From Harriotta raleighana (lineage: Eukaryota): 64,000 bases of DNA. The notes under the pieces are model-generated. The model saw only the letters and a program-made list of their open reading frames with translations. It was not told the origin of the DNA and did no database searches. The position numbers and the translations under genes were made by a program. Position 1 is the first letter of the stretch. Every line of letters starts with the position of its first letter. Location: positions 3,883,658 to 3,947,657 of the forward strand of contig JBNZDD010013716.1 in the NCBI GenBank assembly GCA_050575255.1. Reading direction: 5' to 3'. Below, in pieces: positions 62,691-64,000 of this stretch.

Positions 62691-63479
62691 TGAATTGTGA
62701 GGGGATATTCAAAGCAGTGACATGCCGCGTCCAGCCTTGTGTGTGCTGGTTTATCACGCTGGGCTGAGCAGCAAGATTGACACACTCGCTGATTCTTTGT
62801 GGAAAGGGGATCTCATTACCCCCTGCAGGGTCGGAGTCTATTGGGTTGACTGACTTCTTCCCCCAGGAGAGTTGGAGCCACTTTCCAACATTTGTTATTC
62901 CGAACGTGTTTATTTGTTTGTGTGGTTCTGCGGTGTTCAGCGCAGGGAAGTCCTGAATGTATTCGTCAACTAAAAAAGATGTTAAAAGTGTGATTCCTTC
63001 TTTACTTTAATTGGAGATTCAGTGAATTAACTAAGTAACGGGAAATCTGGACAGTTTAGCAGTGCACAGTAGGAATGATGATTTAGTCTGACCAAGGAAA
63101 CAAAGTTGGATTGGAGATGTAGGGGGAGAGTGGGGGTTAGGGGTAGGGAGGCTCGCAAAGGCTAACAGTTGGTTGGCATCAACACCTTCATGTTTGCTGG
63201 CTTTTGTCTGCTAATGGCATGTTATTTTGTTTTTATACTGTCAGAGTTCACTCGAGCAGAGCATTCAATTACCAAAACAAATCACTTATACTAAAACTAC
63301 AGGACTGGCAATAAAAGATTATGCAGAGGACAATAGTGTGACAGGGTGTTTTTTTTCATCCAGTGAGTGAAAGTTGTTAAGATGTTTCTCACGAGGAGAA
63401 TAAATCCTGCGTGCGTACTTTCTGATTGTGCATTCCATCGTATGATTTGGGGTTGGAAAGCTGTTCAATAATAATTTTT

Positions 63480-63970
63480 AAAATACAATAATGAATGGGG
63501 AATGGAATTCCTGCCTCCATCCCATATTTTGCTCACAAAATACCCGGTGAATCCCCTTTACAGTGTACCCTGTGAACAGCTTTGAGATGTCTCAAAGCTG
63601 TGGTAAGACACTATAAATAATTCTTGCATTTTGATACAGCGCGTTCACGTCTTCTAGATGTCTCAAAGTGCTTCACAAAATATACTGTAAAGTGAATTGA
63701 CTGTATATTTGTGGGTGAAATGCGGCAGCCAATTGCAAACAGCAGTGTCCCACAAACAGTCATGGATTGAAATGACCAATTTTTATTAAAGGTTTTATTT
63801 TGGACGAATTATTATTAGGAGTGTGGAGTAAAGAAACTTGCCCAAGATTTCACCCTGAACTGCCTGGATTCGAAACACAGGTTTCACGTTTATAAGGCGA
63901 GTGCTCTAACCACTGAGCTACAGGACTCCATATAAGATAAGATATATAAAATGCAAGGATTATTATTATT
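63480..63970. mobile_element. Full-length - strand SINE (63616-63929) inserted in the tail of a + strand SINE
   Basis: gacactata | minus SINE...ggactcca | aaatgcaaggattattatt. Confidence 0.85.
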
Positions 63971-64000
63971 GCAGTTCTGAAGTTCAAAACCTTCAAAACC

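Larger units (their letters stand above)
15362..64000 (+). other. VPS13B: VPS13B intron downstream of the 180-nt exon (partial, >48 kb)
   Basis: Starts gtaagt. The next expected exon (AVLLCSIQGLAVNIDPILYTWL-like) was not found by eye in the window. Confidence 0.75.

Noticed and set aside
1-64000. CRISPR array or prokaryotic-type defence or operon system
   Set aside because: This is eukaryotic intronic DNA. Recurrent motifs are dispersed SINE and LINE tails, not regularly spaced repeats.

Overview
Vertebrate, repeat-rich, almost entirely intronic DNA. The SINE, L2, CR1 and Penelope repertoire suggests a cartilaginous fish, probably the elephant shark Callorhinchus milii; this is inferred from repeat content only. 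The only supportable coding sequence is two + strand exons of VPS13B (COH1, Cohen syndrome gene), at 12502-12636 and 15182-15361. They match my recollection of human exons 18 and 19 and lie between an upstream intron of more than 12.5 kb and a downstream intron of more than 48 kb. The introns hold about 30 copies or fragments of a tRNA-derived SINE with an L2-type tail, older Deu-domain SINEs, many 5'-truncated L2 and CR1 LINEs, one decayed Penelope-like element (RT, GIY-YIG and a degenerate hammerhead), and several Tc1/mariner/Tigger-type MITEs. Repeat-free islands between them look like conserved non-coding elements. A 698-N gap and five single-N junctions with duplicated flanks, including the apparent 1.7-kb triplication at 57754-62690, are most likely assembly artefacts. 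I found no convincing wholly new biological system. The best leads are a near-perfect 115-bp inverted duplication of non-repeat DNA between two SINE tails just upstream of the first exon, a symmetric 315-nt exon pair suited to skipping or circularisation, a candidate 40-nt poison exon, SINE intermediates suggesting a CORE/Deu mosaic origin, and candidate long-range enhancers. Repeat boundaries were placed by eye and are approximate, to within about 10-20 bp.
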